Below, in pieces: positions 29,471 to 37,618 of a stretch of 64,000 bases of DNA (positions are counted from its first letter, which is position 1; each line of letters begins with the position of its first letter). Made by a program: the position numbers and the translations under genes. Under the pieces are notes generated by a model. That model did not search any database. It had not been told where the DNA came from and saw nothing but the letters and a program-made list of their open reading frames with translations. Source of the DNA: Clostridia bacterium (GTDB taxonomy: Bacteria > Bacillota > Clostridia > Christensenellales > UBA1242); NCBI GenBank assembly GCA_017531805.1, contig JAFXKG010000010.1:14227-78226 (forward strand), given 5' to 3'.

Positions 29471-30190
29471 CTATCCTTTTATTGCGCCAAATCTTCTGTT
29501 ACGCTTCATAAACGCTTTCAGGGCTTTAATCAAGTCTTTTTTGCTAAAACTTGGCCACAAAGTTTTAGTGAAATACCACTCACTATATGTCGCTTGCCAC
29601 GGCATATAATTGCTTGTTCTTTGTTCTCCTGATGTTCTGATAACCAAATCTAAAGGCAACATATCACGAGTGTATAAATGTTGTTCAAATTTTTCTTCAG
29701 TTATGTCCTTTTCTCCATTTAAAATAAGCGTGTTTACAGCATTTAAAATTTCTTCTCTGCCACCATAATTAATACAAGGATTTAAGATAAAACCTGTTTT
29801 TTGTTTAGTGCTTTCCATTAAGTCTTTGGCTTTTTTTCTGACAATCTCTGGTATGCGTTCATCATCCATATCACCAGATATAACAATTCTTACATCCTTA
29901 TCCATATATTTGATTTTGTATTCATCTAGCATTTCGTCAAATAGTTTCATCAAATAGTCAACTTCTTCTTGTGGACGATTCCAGTTTTGTTTAGAAAAAC
30001 AATAGATAGACAAATTTTTTATGCCTAAATCTTGGATATATTCTATATGTTTTTTTAATGTTTCGAAACCAACTTTATGCCCCATACTGCGTGGCAAACC
30101 TCTATGTTTTGCCCATCTTCCATTGCCATCTATTATCAAAGCGATATGATTTGGCATGCGAGGGTCTTGTTTGAGTTTTTCAAAAGTCAA
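29471..30190 (-). CDS. uppS: Isoprenyl transferase (undecaprenyl-diphosphate synthase)
   Basis: HIALIIDGNGRWA and RTSGEQRTSNYMPWQATYSEWYF. Start set to TTG 30190, 6 nt after a GGAGG that lies in the end of frr. The track start 30313 overlaps frr; ATG 30157 is an alternative start. Confidence 0.85.
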   Translation of the reverse strand: MTFEKLKQDPRMPNHIALIIDGNGRWAKHRGLPRSMGHKVGFETLKKHIEYIQDLGIKNLSIYCFSKQNWNRPQEEVDYLMKLFDEMLDEYKIKYMDKDVRIVISGDMDDERIPEIVRKKAKDLMESTKQKTGFILNPCINYGGREEILNAVNTLILNGEKDITEEKFEQHLYTRDMLPLDLVIRTSGEQRTSNYMPWQATYSEWYFTKTLWPSFSKKDLIKALKAFMKRNRRFGAIKG

Positions 30191-30191
30191 A

Positions 30192-30758
30192 CTACACCTC
30201 CATGATTTCTGCAATTTTCTTTTCGCAACTCTTGTCACATTTGTCAGTAAAACCATCAAGTGTCTTTTGTACATCTTTTTCAAGCCCTGCATAGTCATCT
30301 TCGCTGATTTCACTGTTCTTTTTCATGTTTTTGAACACATCAAGACAATCACGACGAGCATTACGCATAGCAATTTTTGCTTCTTCCAACAATCTTTTTG
30401 CATCCTTAGAATATTCACGTCTGCGTTCTTCTGTAAGCATTGGGAAACCAACACGGATAATCTTGCCATCATCACTTACTGATACACCCATATTTGCTGC
30501 TTCTATGCCTGTTTTGATTGCTTTAAGAGTTGATACATCCCAAGGTGAAACAACCAACATTCTTGCATCTTGCACTGTAATATTGCTTGTTTGATTGATA
30601 GGTGTTTTTGTGCCATAGTAATCTACTTTAATGTTTTCAATAAGTCTTGGATTTGCCCTACCAACGCGGATAAGCATAAATTCATCAAGCAAGCGATTAA
30701 AGTGTTTATTTAAATTCTCTTCATATTCCATAAGAGCCATGTCTACCATTTCGTTCAT
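30192..30758 (-). CDS. frr: Ribosome recycling factor
   Basis: LIRVGRANPRLIENIKVDYYGTKTPINQ...LTEERRREYSK. Confidence 0.95.
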   Translation of the reverse strand: MNEMVDMALMEYEENLNKHFNRLLDEFMLIRVGRANPRLIENIKVDYYGTKTPINQTSNITVQDARMLVVSPWDVSTLKAIKTGIEAANMGVSVSDDGKIIRVGFPMLTEERRREYSKDAKRLLEEAKIAMRNARRDCLDVFKNMKKNSEISEDDYAGLEKDVQKTLDGFTDKCDKSCEKKIAEIMEV

Positions 30759-30817
30759 TAGTTTTTCTCCTTTATTAAATCTTTATAGATTTATCTTATA
30801 TTTGATATTAACTAATT

Positions 30818-30851
30818 TAAAAAAAAATAGCAAGTAAAAACTACTTGCTAT
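30818..30851 (-). terminator. Intrinsic terminator after tsf
   Basis: Minus strand: ATAGCAAGTA-gtttt-TACTTGCTAT 10-bp stem followed by a T-run. Confidence 0.75.
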
Positions 30852-30871
30852 CTTTATTTATTAATCAAAAA

Positions 30872-31531
30872 TTATTTTTGACCCATTTGTGCAGCAACTT
30901 CTGCAGCAAAGTCGTCATTACGTTTTTCAAGACCTTCACCCATAATCATAAGAGTAAATCTTCTGATTGTAAGTTTTTCACCAATCTTAGCAGTCAAGTC
31001 AGCTAAAACATCTTTAACTTTCTTTTTGCCATCTGGATCTTTGATGTAAACTTGTTCTAAAAGAACAACTTCTTCATAATATTTGTTGATTTTACCTTCA
31101 ACAATTCTGTCTATCATAGCTTCTGGTTTGCCTTCGTTTAAAAGCTGTGCACGATAAATAGCGCGTTCTTCGTTAAGTTTATCTGCAGGAACTTCATCAA
31201 TGCTTACGCAAAGTGGACGATTTGCAACAACTTGCATTGCAACATTGTGCAAGAACTCTTTAAATTCTGGATTTTTAGCAACAAAGTCTGTTTCGCAGTT
31301 ACCTTCAACCAAAGCTGCCATACTGCCACCCATGTGGATATAGCATTCTATCAAACCTTCTGCTGCAATTCTGCTTTGTTTTTTAGCTGCTTTAGCAATT
31401 CCTCTTTCTCGAAGAACTTCTACAGCCTTGTTCATGTCGCCGTCAGTTTCTACCAACGCCTTTTTGCAGTCCATCATGCCTGCACCTGTCATACCTCTTA
31501 ATTCATTTACCATTGATGCGGTAATTGTCAT
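30872..31531 (-). CDS. tsf: Elongation factor Ts (short form, 219 aa)
   Basis: [27 protein letters not shown]-like N-terminus; follows rpsB. Confidence 0.9.
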   Translation of the reverse strand: MTITASMVNELRGMTGAGMMDCKKALVETDGDMNKAVEVLRERGIAKAAKKQSRIAAEGLIECYIHMGGSMAALVEGNCETDFVAKNPEFKEFLHNVAMQVVANRPLCVSIDEVPADKLNEERAIYRAQLLNEGKPEAMIDRIVEGKINKYYEEVVLLEQVYIKDPDGKKKVKDVLADLTAKIGEKLTIRRFTLMIMGEGLEKRNDDFAAEVAAQMGQK

Positions 31532-31588
31532 AATTATATTTCTCCTTATTATTTATTTGAGAATATCTCCCCTTAAATTTGCTTGCAA

Positions 31589-32422
31589 TTAAGCATTTTC
31601 AGTTTCAGTAGTTTCTTTTTTAGCTTTTTTTGCTGGACGCTTTTTGTCTGCTGGTTTTTCTTCATCTTTAACGATGTCGCCAGTAACCATAGCTTCCATA
31701 GAAACTTCTTCTTCATCAGCAGTAAGGTCGTGAAGAACAACACCACCCTTAGCTTCCATAATAGCATCTGTTAAAGCACTTAAGATAAGTTTTACAGAAC
31801 CAATAGCATCGTCGTTTGCTGGGATGCATACATCAACATCATCTGGGTCGCTGTTTGTGTCAACAATACCAACTGTAGGGATGCCAAGACGCTTAGCTTC
31901 TTTAACTGCGATGTGTTCTGTGTGTGGGTCTACCATAATGATAAGGCCAGGTACAGATGTCATATCTTTGATACCTGTTAAGTTTGCTGCCAACTTGTCT
32001 CTTTCTGCTTTAAGTTTGATAACTTCTTTTTTAGGAAGAAGATCAAAATCTCCAAGAGTTTCCATGTTGTTAAGTTTGTTCATTCTGTCAATTCTTTTAC
32101 GGATTGTTGAGAAGTTTGTTAAAGTGCCTCCCAACCAACGAGAGTTGACATAGAACATGCCTGAACGTTCAGCTTCTTGCTTAACGATTTCGCTTGCTTG
32201 TTTTTTTGTTCCGATGAAAAGAACATTTGCGCCTGCAAGAACTTTTTCTTTGATGAATACATATGCTTCATCAATTTGTTTTGAAGTGTCTTCAAGATTT
32301 AAAATGTGAATATCATTTCTGTCTGTGAAGATATACTTCTTCATTTTAGGATTCCATTTCCTAGTTTGGTGACCGAAATGACATCCAGCCTCCAATAATT
32401 GTTTCATTGAAATAACTGACAT
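31589..32422 (-). CDS. rpsB: 30S ribosomal protein S2 (with acidic/Lys-rich C-terminal tail)
   Basis: [27 protein letters not shown]...[10 protein letters not shown]. Confidence 0.95.
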   Translation of the reverse strand: MSVISMKQLLEAGCHFGHQTRKWNPKMKKYIFTDRNDIHILNLEDTSKQIDEAYVFIKEKVLAGANVLFIGTKKQASEIVKQEAERSGMFYVNSRWLGGTLTNFSTIRKRIDRMNKLNNMETLGDFDLLPKKEVIKLKAERDKLAANLTGIKDMTSVPGLIIMVDPHTEHIAVKEAKRLGIPTVGIVDTNSDPDDVDVCIPANDDAIGSVKLILSALTDAIMEAKGGVVLHDLTADEEEVSMEAMVTGDIVKDEEKPADKKRPAKKAKKETTETENA

Positions 32423-32526
32423 AAATATTTTCCTCCTGTTTGTCTTCCCTATTAGTCGTTTTGCTTTACAACCCTAAAATCAGAGCAACAGTCAAGCAAT
32501 CGTAATAGGTGCTTTTTTCATTGAAC
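32423..32526 (-). promoter_or_regulatory. Structured 5' leader of rpsB (candidate autoregulatory element)
   Basis: About 100-nt leader. Long-range stem CCTATTA (32503-32509) / TAATAGG (32448-32454) encloses TTGCTT...AAGCAA. GGAGG RBS follows. Confidence 0.35.
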
Positions 32527-32532
32527 GATTAA

Positions 32533-32561
32533 ATAATATCAAATATAAGTGAAAAAGTCAA
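32533..32561 (-). promoter_or_regulatory. Sigma-A type promoter of rpsB-tsf
   Basis: TTGACT (32556-32561), 17 nt, TATTAT (32533-32538) on the minus strand. Confidence 0.6.
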
Positions 32562-32670
32562 CTAGTTTTGTAAAGTTTATTTACTTAACATTAATTTTTA
32601 ATTAAATTTTAATTTTGGTATTTACAAATCAAAACTTTTGTGCTATATTAACAATGTTAATAGGAGAATT

Positions 32671-33096
32671 ATGATGAAAAACGTAAACAAATGTGATAAA
32701 TATGGTTTTAAATTTTATGGTATAGTGACTAGCAAATGTACAAATAAAAATCAATTTGTTTTAACAGCAATTTATAAAAATTTTTTTACATTTGAAGAAT
32801 CTCAATTTACAATTTCATTAGACCACAAAGGTTTAATTAAGGACACATTAAAAATCAAAAACATCAAAGCGTTTTTAGAACAAAATAATATTGCTGATGG
32901 TTTTATGTACCTTTTATCTATCAAAAGTGAAAAAGACTCTATTGAATCTTTAATTGGCGAATTGCCAGAATCAATTGTATTAAATCATAAAGATATTGTT
33001 AATTCAATCATATCAAAATACAACTCCCAAGATATTAAAAGTGCTATAAATTCTAGACGTAAAATTTTGCTTGACGCTATAACTCAAAAAGTTTAA
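32671..33096 (+). CDS. Hypothetical protein (141 aa)
   Basis: ATG 32671 preceded by an AGGAG RBS; the track start 32638 is an unsupported extension. No family recognised. Confidence 0.5.
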   Translation: MMKNVNKCDKYGFKFYGIVTSKCTNKNQFVLTAIYKNFFTFEESQFTISLDHKGLIKDTLKIKNIKAFLEQNNIADGFMYLLSIKSEKDSIESLIGELPESIVLNHKDIVNSIISKYNSQDIKSAINSRRKILLDAITQKV

Positions 33097-33113
33097 TTAA
33101 CACTAAATTAGAC

Positions 33114-33142
33114 AAAAAAACAACTCAATCGAGTTGTTTTTT
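33114..33142. terminator. Bidirectional intrinsic terminator
   Basis: A7, ACAACTC-aatc-GAGTTGT, T-run; lies between convergent genes. Confidence 0.7.
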
Positions 33143-33179
33143 ATTATGCCAACGATAAATCTTTGCTATTAAGGCAAAA

Positions 33180-33479
33180 TTATTCTCCTTCTTGAAGAAG
33201 TTGTTGATAAATAGTAAAAACTTTATCAATAGTTTCTTCATCACTTACGATGTCAAGACTGCCCTTTATCTCGTCAATAGCAAAAAGCACACCTTCTCCT
33301 TCTTGCACACCTTGCATCGGTGTGATAGGTATTAAAATTGCATATAGTAAATCGCTGTCATCATGTGGTATAACTGCAACTTGTTCAAATTCTATTGGTT
33401 TGTTTTCAGCATCATATAAAAATATGTTGTCTAAATTATTTTCGTCCAAAATTTGTTCAATTGGATTTTTTGCTTGCAT
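33180..33479 (-). CDS. DUF1292/UPF0473 family protein (YrzB-like)
   Basis: Acidic ~99-aa protein (LYDAENKPIEFEQVAVIP...LYAILIPI) immediately downstream of ruvX, as for B. subtilis yrzB. Confidence 0.65.
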   Translation of the reverse strand: MQAKNPIEQILDENNLDNIFLYDAENKPIEFEQVAVIPHDDSDLLYAILIPITPMQGVQEGEGVLFAIDEIKGSLDIVSDEETIDKVFTIYQQLLQEGE

Positions 33480-33490
33480 AAAACTCTCCT

Positions 33491-33901
33491 TTATCTTTTA
33501 AAATCTAAATAATCTTGCAAAATTATTGAAGCCGCCACCGCATCTAATTTTTCTTTGCGTTTTTTCCAATCTCGTTCTGTTTCCATTAACATTTCTTCTG
33601 CCAAAATGCTTGAAAGACGCTCATCTACAAACTCAATTTTTATATTACAAACAGATTGAAGTTTTGTCATGAAATCGCGTGTTTTTTTTGCAATTTCTTG
33701 TTCTTCCCCTGCCATGTTCATAGGCAAACCGCAGACAATTTCATCCGCTTGTTTTTCTTTTATTAAATTTGAGATATAGTTTAAATCTGCTTCTTCATTT
33801 TTTCGCTTATAAGTTATGAAAGGCGATGCTAAAAATTTGGTATCGTCCGAAAAGGCAATACCAATACGTGCCATACCAAAATCAATGCCCATTGCTTTCA
33901 T
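33491..33901 (-). CDS. ruvX: Putative pre-16S rRNA nuclease / Holliday junction resolvase-like YqgF
   Basis: MGIDFGMARIGIAFSD...CGLPMNMAGEE...VDERLSS. Confidence 0.85.
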   Translation of the reverse strand: MKAMGIDFGMARIGIAFSDDTKFLASPFITYKRKNEEADLNYISNLIKEKQADEIVCGLPMNMAGEEQEIAKKTRDFMTKLQSVCNIKIEFVDERLSSILAEEMLMETERDWKKRKEKLDAVAASIILQDYLDFKR

Positions 33902-33915
33902 AATTATATTTTAAC

Positions 33916-33951
33916 AAAAAAATTGCTTAATGTAAATAAATTTAAGCAATT
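33916..33951 (-). terminator. Intrinsic terminator after the sigma-like gene
   Basis: Minus strand: AATTGCTTAA-(11 nt)-TTAAGCAATT followed by a T-run. Confidence 0.6.
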
Positions 33952-33963
33952 TTAATTTTTAAA

Positions 33964-34719
33964 TTATCTTTCTATGATATTTGCTGTTGCGTCATATTTC
34001 ATTTTCTGTAAAAGATGTTGGTGTATTTTTGATTTTATATCTGCTTTGATAAGACAAACTAATTGTCTTGAAACACCAATTCTTTTTGCAACATCCGCAT
34101 CACACATACCTTTATTATAAGATAAATTAAAAACTATTTGTGACCTTTTTGGTAATTTGTAAATTAACTTTTTAATTTCTTTAACAATTTCTTCTTTATA
34201 GATATTTTCGTCTGAATCTGAAAACATATATTCAACATCCAAAAGTCTATCTATATCTATATTTGTATTGTTTGCAAGGTGAATATTTTTGCGTTTTGTG
34301 GCAAAGTATTGTCTTATAATTTGAACATATAATCTTTGCTCTAATTCATAATTTAGTCTCGCCCTGTTTTTTGGCATGATAAAGTCTTTGTATCTAATAT
34401 AGTTATACGCGTTTAAATAAGACATATTTAAAGCATCTTCAAAATCTAATTGACTTAAATCATATCTAGAATAAAGCCCGATTACTGGAGAAAAGATGTA
34501 TGCTAATGATTTGTTTATGATTTCGTGTTCCATATCTAATTCGCCGTCATTAAATCTATCTCTTAATGTCTCATATTCTACTTTTGAAATAGGTTGCATT
34601 TGTGGGTAAAGATTTTTTGCTTTTTGATAATAGTTTTCTCGCCTTTCTTCTATTTTTTGTTCTGACAAATTTAATGCTTTCAATTTATCTTTAATAGTTT
34701 CAATACCTGATTTATTCAT
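33964..34719 (-). CDS. Divergent sigma-70 family-like protein (clear region-4 HTH, atypical N-terminal part)
   Basis: C-terminal LPKRSQIVFNLSYNKGMCDADVAKRIGVSRQLVCLIKADIKSKI fits the sigma70 region 4 pattern. I could not recognise a canonical region 2. Confidence 0.45.
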   Translation of the reverse strand: MNKSGIETIKDKLKALNLSEQKIEERRENYYQKAKNLYPQMQPISKVEYETLRDRFNDGELDMEHEIINKSLAYIFSPVIGLYSRYDLSQLDFEDALNMSYLNAYNYIRYKDFIMPKNRARLNYELEQRLYVQIIRQYFATKRKNIHLANNTNIDIDRLLDVEYMFSDSDENIYKEEIVKEIKKLIYKLPKRSQIVFNLSYNKGMCDADVAKRIGVSRQLVCLIKADIKSKIHQHLLQKMKYDATANIIER

Positions 34720-34737
34720 TTGTGTCCTCGTGATTTT

Positions 34738-34765
34738 ATTATAACATTATCTACTGAATTGTCAA
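34738..34765 (-). promoter_or_regulatory. Near-consensus sigma-A promoter of the sigma-like gene
   Basis: TTGACA (34760-34765), 16 nt, TGtTATAAT (-10 at 34738-34743); GAGGA RBS follows. Confidence 0.65.
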
Positions 34766-34834
34766 TAGCCAACTAAATTTTTATTTCGTTTATTTTCTGC
34801 TTAAAAAAAGCCCTTATGATGGACTTTTTAATAT

Positions 34835-35014
34835 TTACGCGTTTTGATTTTTTGATTTATTTGATTGGGTTTTAACTTCATCTTTGATGTCACTGATAAT
34901 TTCTTTACCCTTTTCTACACCTTTTTCAATTGTGTCTGCAACAGGTTTGTTAGTCTTACACATTATGGCACCAACAATAAAACCCATACCCATACCAATA
35001 AGCAATTCTTTCAT
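34835..35014 (-). CDS. Small membrane-anchored protein, 59 aa (YtxH-like pattern); not in the ORF track
   Basis: GGAGG-aaat-ATG. MKELLIGMGMGFIVGAIMCKTNKPVADTIEKGVEKGKEIISDIKDEVKTQSNKSKNQNA. Followed by a weak hairpin and T7. Confidence 0.5.
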   Translation of the reverse strand: MKELLIGMGMGFIVGAIMCKTNKPVADTIEKGVEKGKEIISDIKDEVKTQSNKSKNQNA

Positions 35015-35073
35015 ATTTCCTCCTACCGATATTATCTGTAGAATTTGTAAAAATATGTAGAAATATATAATTG

Positions 35074-35442
35074 TTATTTGTTAGATTTTTCCAATTTTTC
35101 TTTATAATCTTGAACAGCCAATCTTATACAATCAATACAGAATCCAATATCAACAGGACTTTCATCACCAAGAGTTGTTTTGATGCTGTATGGGTCTAAA
35201 AACAACATTGCCACCATTTTACCTTTAACCATCGTTGTCATTGTGGAACAAATTGCGACAATATAAGGATTTGCTTGTGCTCTAAACTTACAATCTGTAA
35301 TTATGCCAGATTCCACCCTTATAGAAAATTCTACATGCGCAGTATTGTCATTGTTATATACTTCTGCAATACCATCTGGTTTGCTTATTCTGCCTGTATT
35401 TTTAGGGTCTGCAAACAAATTAAGTACAACTTTACTATACAT
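35074..35442 (-). CDS. IscU/NifU-N-like protein with degenerate cluster-ligand residues
   Basis: Length, position after nifS and overall pattern (NTGRI...GIAEV...IITDCKF...MVKGK) fit IscU, but the CGD and GC(G/S) ligand motifs are absent. Confidence 0.6.
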   Translation of the reverse strand: MYSKVVLNLFADPKNTGRISKPDGIAEVYNNDNTAHVEFSIRVESGIITDCKFRAQANPYIVAICSTMTTMVKGKMVAMLFLDPYSIKTTLGDESPVDIGFCIDCIRLAVQDYKEKLEKSNK

Positions 35443-36643
35443 TTTTGTCCCCCTTTCTCTTACGAATCTTCATACCGTATGTAGAAGAATATGCCCTTAA
35501 TTCGTCTACACATTTTTTAATTATTGAAACTGCTTTATCTATTTCTTCAAAAGAGTTGTTTTTACCAAGACTAAAGCGTACGGTACTTCTTGCGTCTTCA
35601 TTTTTAAGACCGATAGCTGTCATAATATATGAAACTGATAAACTGTTGCTAGAGCATGCGCCGCCAGTTGAAACTGCTATACCGTTCATATCAAGTTTCA
35701 TAAGCAAACTTTCACCATCAACACCGACAAAAGAGACTGATAAAATGTGTGGGAGTTTTTGACGAACATTTGCATTTATTTTTATATTTTCTACAGTGTC
35801 AGTAAGTTTTGCAATAAAATACTCACTTAAACTACGCAATTTGTAGTTGTTGATTTTCATATCACGCATTGCAATTTCAGTTGCTTTTGCAAAACCAACT
35901 ATGCCAGCCGTGTTTATAGTGCCACCACGCAAATTCCTTTCTTGGTTGCCACCAAAAATTATTGGTTCGATTTTAACTTTATTTGACAAGTATAAAGCAC
36001 CAACACCTTGTGGTCCATAAATTTTATGTGCAGAGATTGTCATTGCGTCTATACCTAAGTCTGTAACATCTATTTCCATATTTCCATATAGCTGAACTGC
36101 GTCAGTATGGAAAATAATATCTTTTTCATGTGCTGTTTGAGCAATAGCTTTAAGGTTTTGTATAGTGCCAAGCTCGTTGTTTGCAGCCATAATTGAAATA
36201 AGAATTGTTGTTGGTTTGATTGCCCTTATCAACTGAGCAAAGTTGATATAACCATTACCGTCTACATCAAGATATGTTACTTCAAAACCATTATCTTCCA
36301 AATACTTGCAAGCTTGCAAAACTGAAGGGTGCTCAATTTTGCTTGTTATAATGTGGTTACCGTGATCTCTGTTTGCGTTTGCAATGCCGATGATTGCCCA
36401 ACTGTTTGCTTCGCTACCACTTGATGTAAAATAAATTTCGTTTGATTTTGCATTGATGCTTTCTGCAATTTTTGCTCTGCCTTCTTCTACTAAAACAGAT
36501 GCATCTCTACCAAAAGAGTGTATTGAAGAAGCATTGCCAAAAGTACTTGTTAATACTGGCATCATAGCGCTTAAAACTTCTGCACTTAAATTTGTGGTTG
36601 AAGCGTTGTCTAAATAAATTTTTTCTTTCATCGTATTCTCCAT
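35435..36643 (-). CDS. nifS: Cysteine desulfurase (NifS/IscS type)
   Basis: PLP lysine in SAHKIYGPQGVGALY; active-site loop STGGACSS; HTDAVQ. Confidence 0.9.
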   Translation of the reverse strand: MENTMKEKIYLDNASTTNLSAEVLSAMMPVLTSTFGNASSIHSFGRDASVLVEEGRAKIAESINAKSNEIYFTSSGSEANSWAIIGIANANRDHGNHIITSKIEHPSVLQACKYLEDNGFEVTYLDVDGNGYINFAQLIRAIKPTTILISIMAANNELGTIQNLKAIAQTAHEKDIIFHTDAVQLYGNMEIDVTDLGIDAMTISAHKIYGPQGVGALYLSNKVKIEPIIFGGNQERNLRGGTINTAGIVGFAKATEIAMRDMKINNYKLRSLSEYFIAKLTDTVENIKINANVRQKLPHILSVSFVGVDGESLLMKLDMNGIAVSTGGACSSNSLSVSYIMTAIGLKNEDARSTVRFSLGKNNSFEEIDKAVSIIKKCVDELRAYSSTYGMKIRKRKGDKNV

Positions 36644-36679
36644 GTTTTAATTTATCATTTTATAAAATTTTTGTCAATA

Positions 36680-37108
36680 TTATTTGATATTTTGATTGTC
36701 ACAATTATTTAAATATTCATTGCAACTATCAAGTTGATGGTCGATTATTGTTTCGTATTTGTTTATTTTTTGCATAAGGTTTGATAATGCAATTTTGTAA
36801 TCTTTTTGATACTTAAAATAAATCTCAAAATATGGTTCTAATTTACTGCGATGTTTTTTTACTATCTTTTCCTTTAATGCAACGATATTTTGTTTAAGTT
36901 TGTTGTACTCATAATAAAGTTTTGTAACAACATCGTAAAAAATCAAGTCTGTTGAGTTTGCTTTTACAATATTGTCAAAAATGTAGGATAATTTATCAAG
37001 TTCACTATCATATTCTTCGTCAAAAGCGCTTGCGTATGATTTAAATTCTAGTGTTGCAATTGTAATTAAAGCTGTATATTGAGTTTGATCTAAAAAATCT
37101 TCCATCAC
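36680..37108 (-). CDS. Hypothetical protein (142 aa, helical)
   Basis: Clean ORF; no family recognised. Confidence 0.5.
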   Translation of the reverse strand: MMEDFLDQTQYTALITIATLEFKSYASAFDEEYDSELDKLSYIFDNIVKANSTDLIFYDVVTKLYYEYNKLKQNIVALKEKIVKKHRSKLEPYFEIYFKYQKDYKIALSNLMQKINKYETIIDHQLDSCNEYLNNCDNQNIK

Positions 37109-37210
37109 TTACTCCTTTAATTTTTATAAAATAAATCTAACACGCAAAGACTCTTTTGTCAATATCAAATTATAAAATAGCAAATAATTTGCTTATCAGT
37201 GTTTGCAAAT

Positions 37211-37235
37211 AAAAAAAGACGCAAAGCGTCATTTT
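37211..37235 (-). terminator. Intrinsic terminator after thioredoxin
   Basis: Minus strand: GACGC-ttt-GCGTC followed by T7. Confidence 0.6.
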
Positions 37236-37247
37236 TATAGATTAAAA

Positions 37248-37568
37248 TTAGTCCTCTGGCAATTCTGCCTCTTGACAGTTTTCAATAAATTCTACAATAT
37301 CGTCATAAGAATTTAATCCAACTAGACTATCAATTTTTTTGCCATTTCTAAAGCAAACCAATGTTGGTACACTAAAAATCCTATATCTTTTAGCAATTTC
37401 TTCGTTATCGTCGATATCAACTTCAAAAAAATCTACATCTTCAAATCTTTCAGTAACTCTTTCCAAAATAGGTTTTAGCATCCTACATGGCATACACCAA
37501 GTGGCAGAAAAATCTACCACTGTTAAATTGTCTGCATTAATTAATTCATCAAAATCAATTTCGTTCAT
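37248..37568 (-). CDS. trxA: Thioredoxin (active site WCMPC)
   Basis: VVDFSATWCMPCRMLKPIL...FSVPTLVCFRNGK. Confidence 0.85.
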   Translation of the reverse strand: MNEIDFDELINADNLTVVDFSATWCMPCRMLKPILERVTERFEDVDFFEVDIDDNEEIAKRYRIFSVPTLVCFRNGKKIDSLVGLNSYDDIVEFIENCQEAELPED

Positions 37569-37618
37569 TTTTCTCCCCTAAATTACGATTTTTGCATTTA
37601 TAATCAAATAAACTTGCT

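Noticed and set aside
31573-31774. 64-aa and 63-aa ORFs over the rpsB 3' end.
   Set aside because: They are frame artefacts of the Lys/Glu-rich tail coding region of S2.
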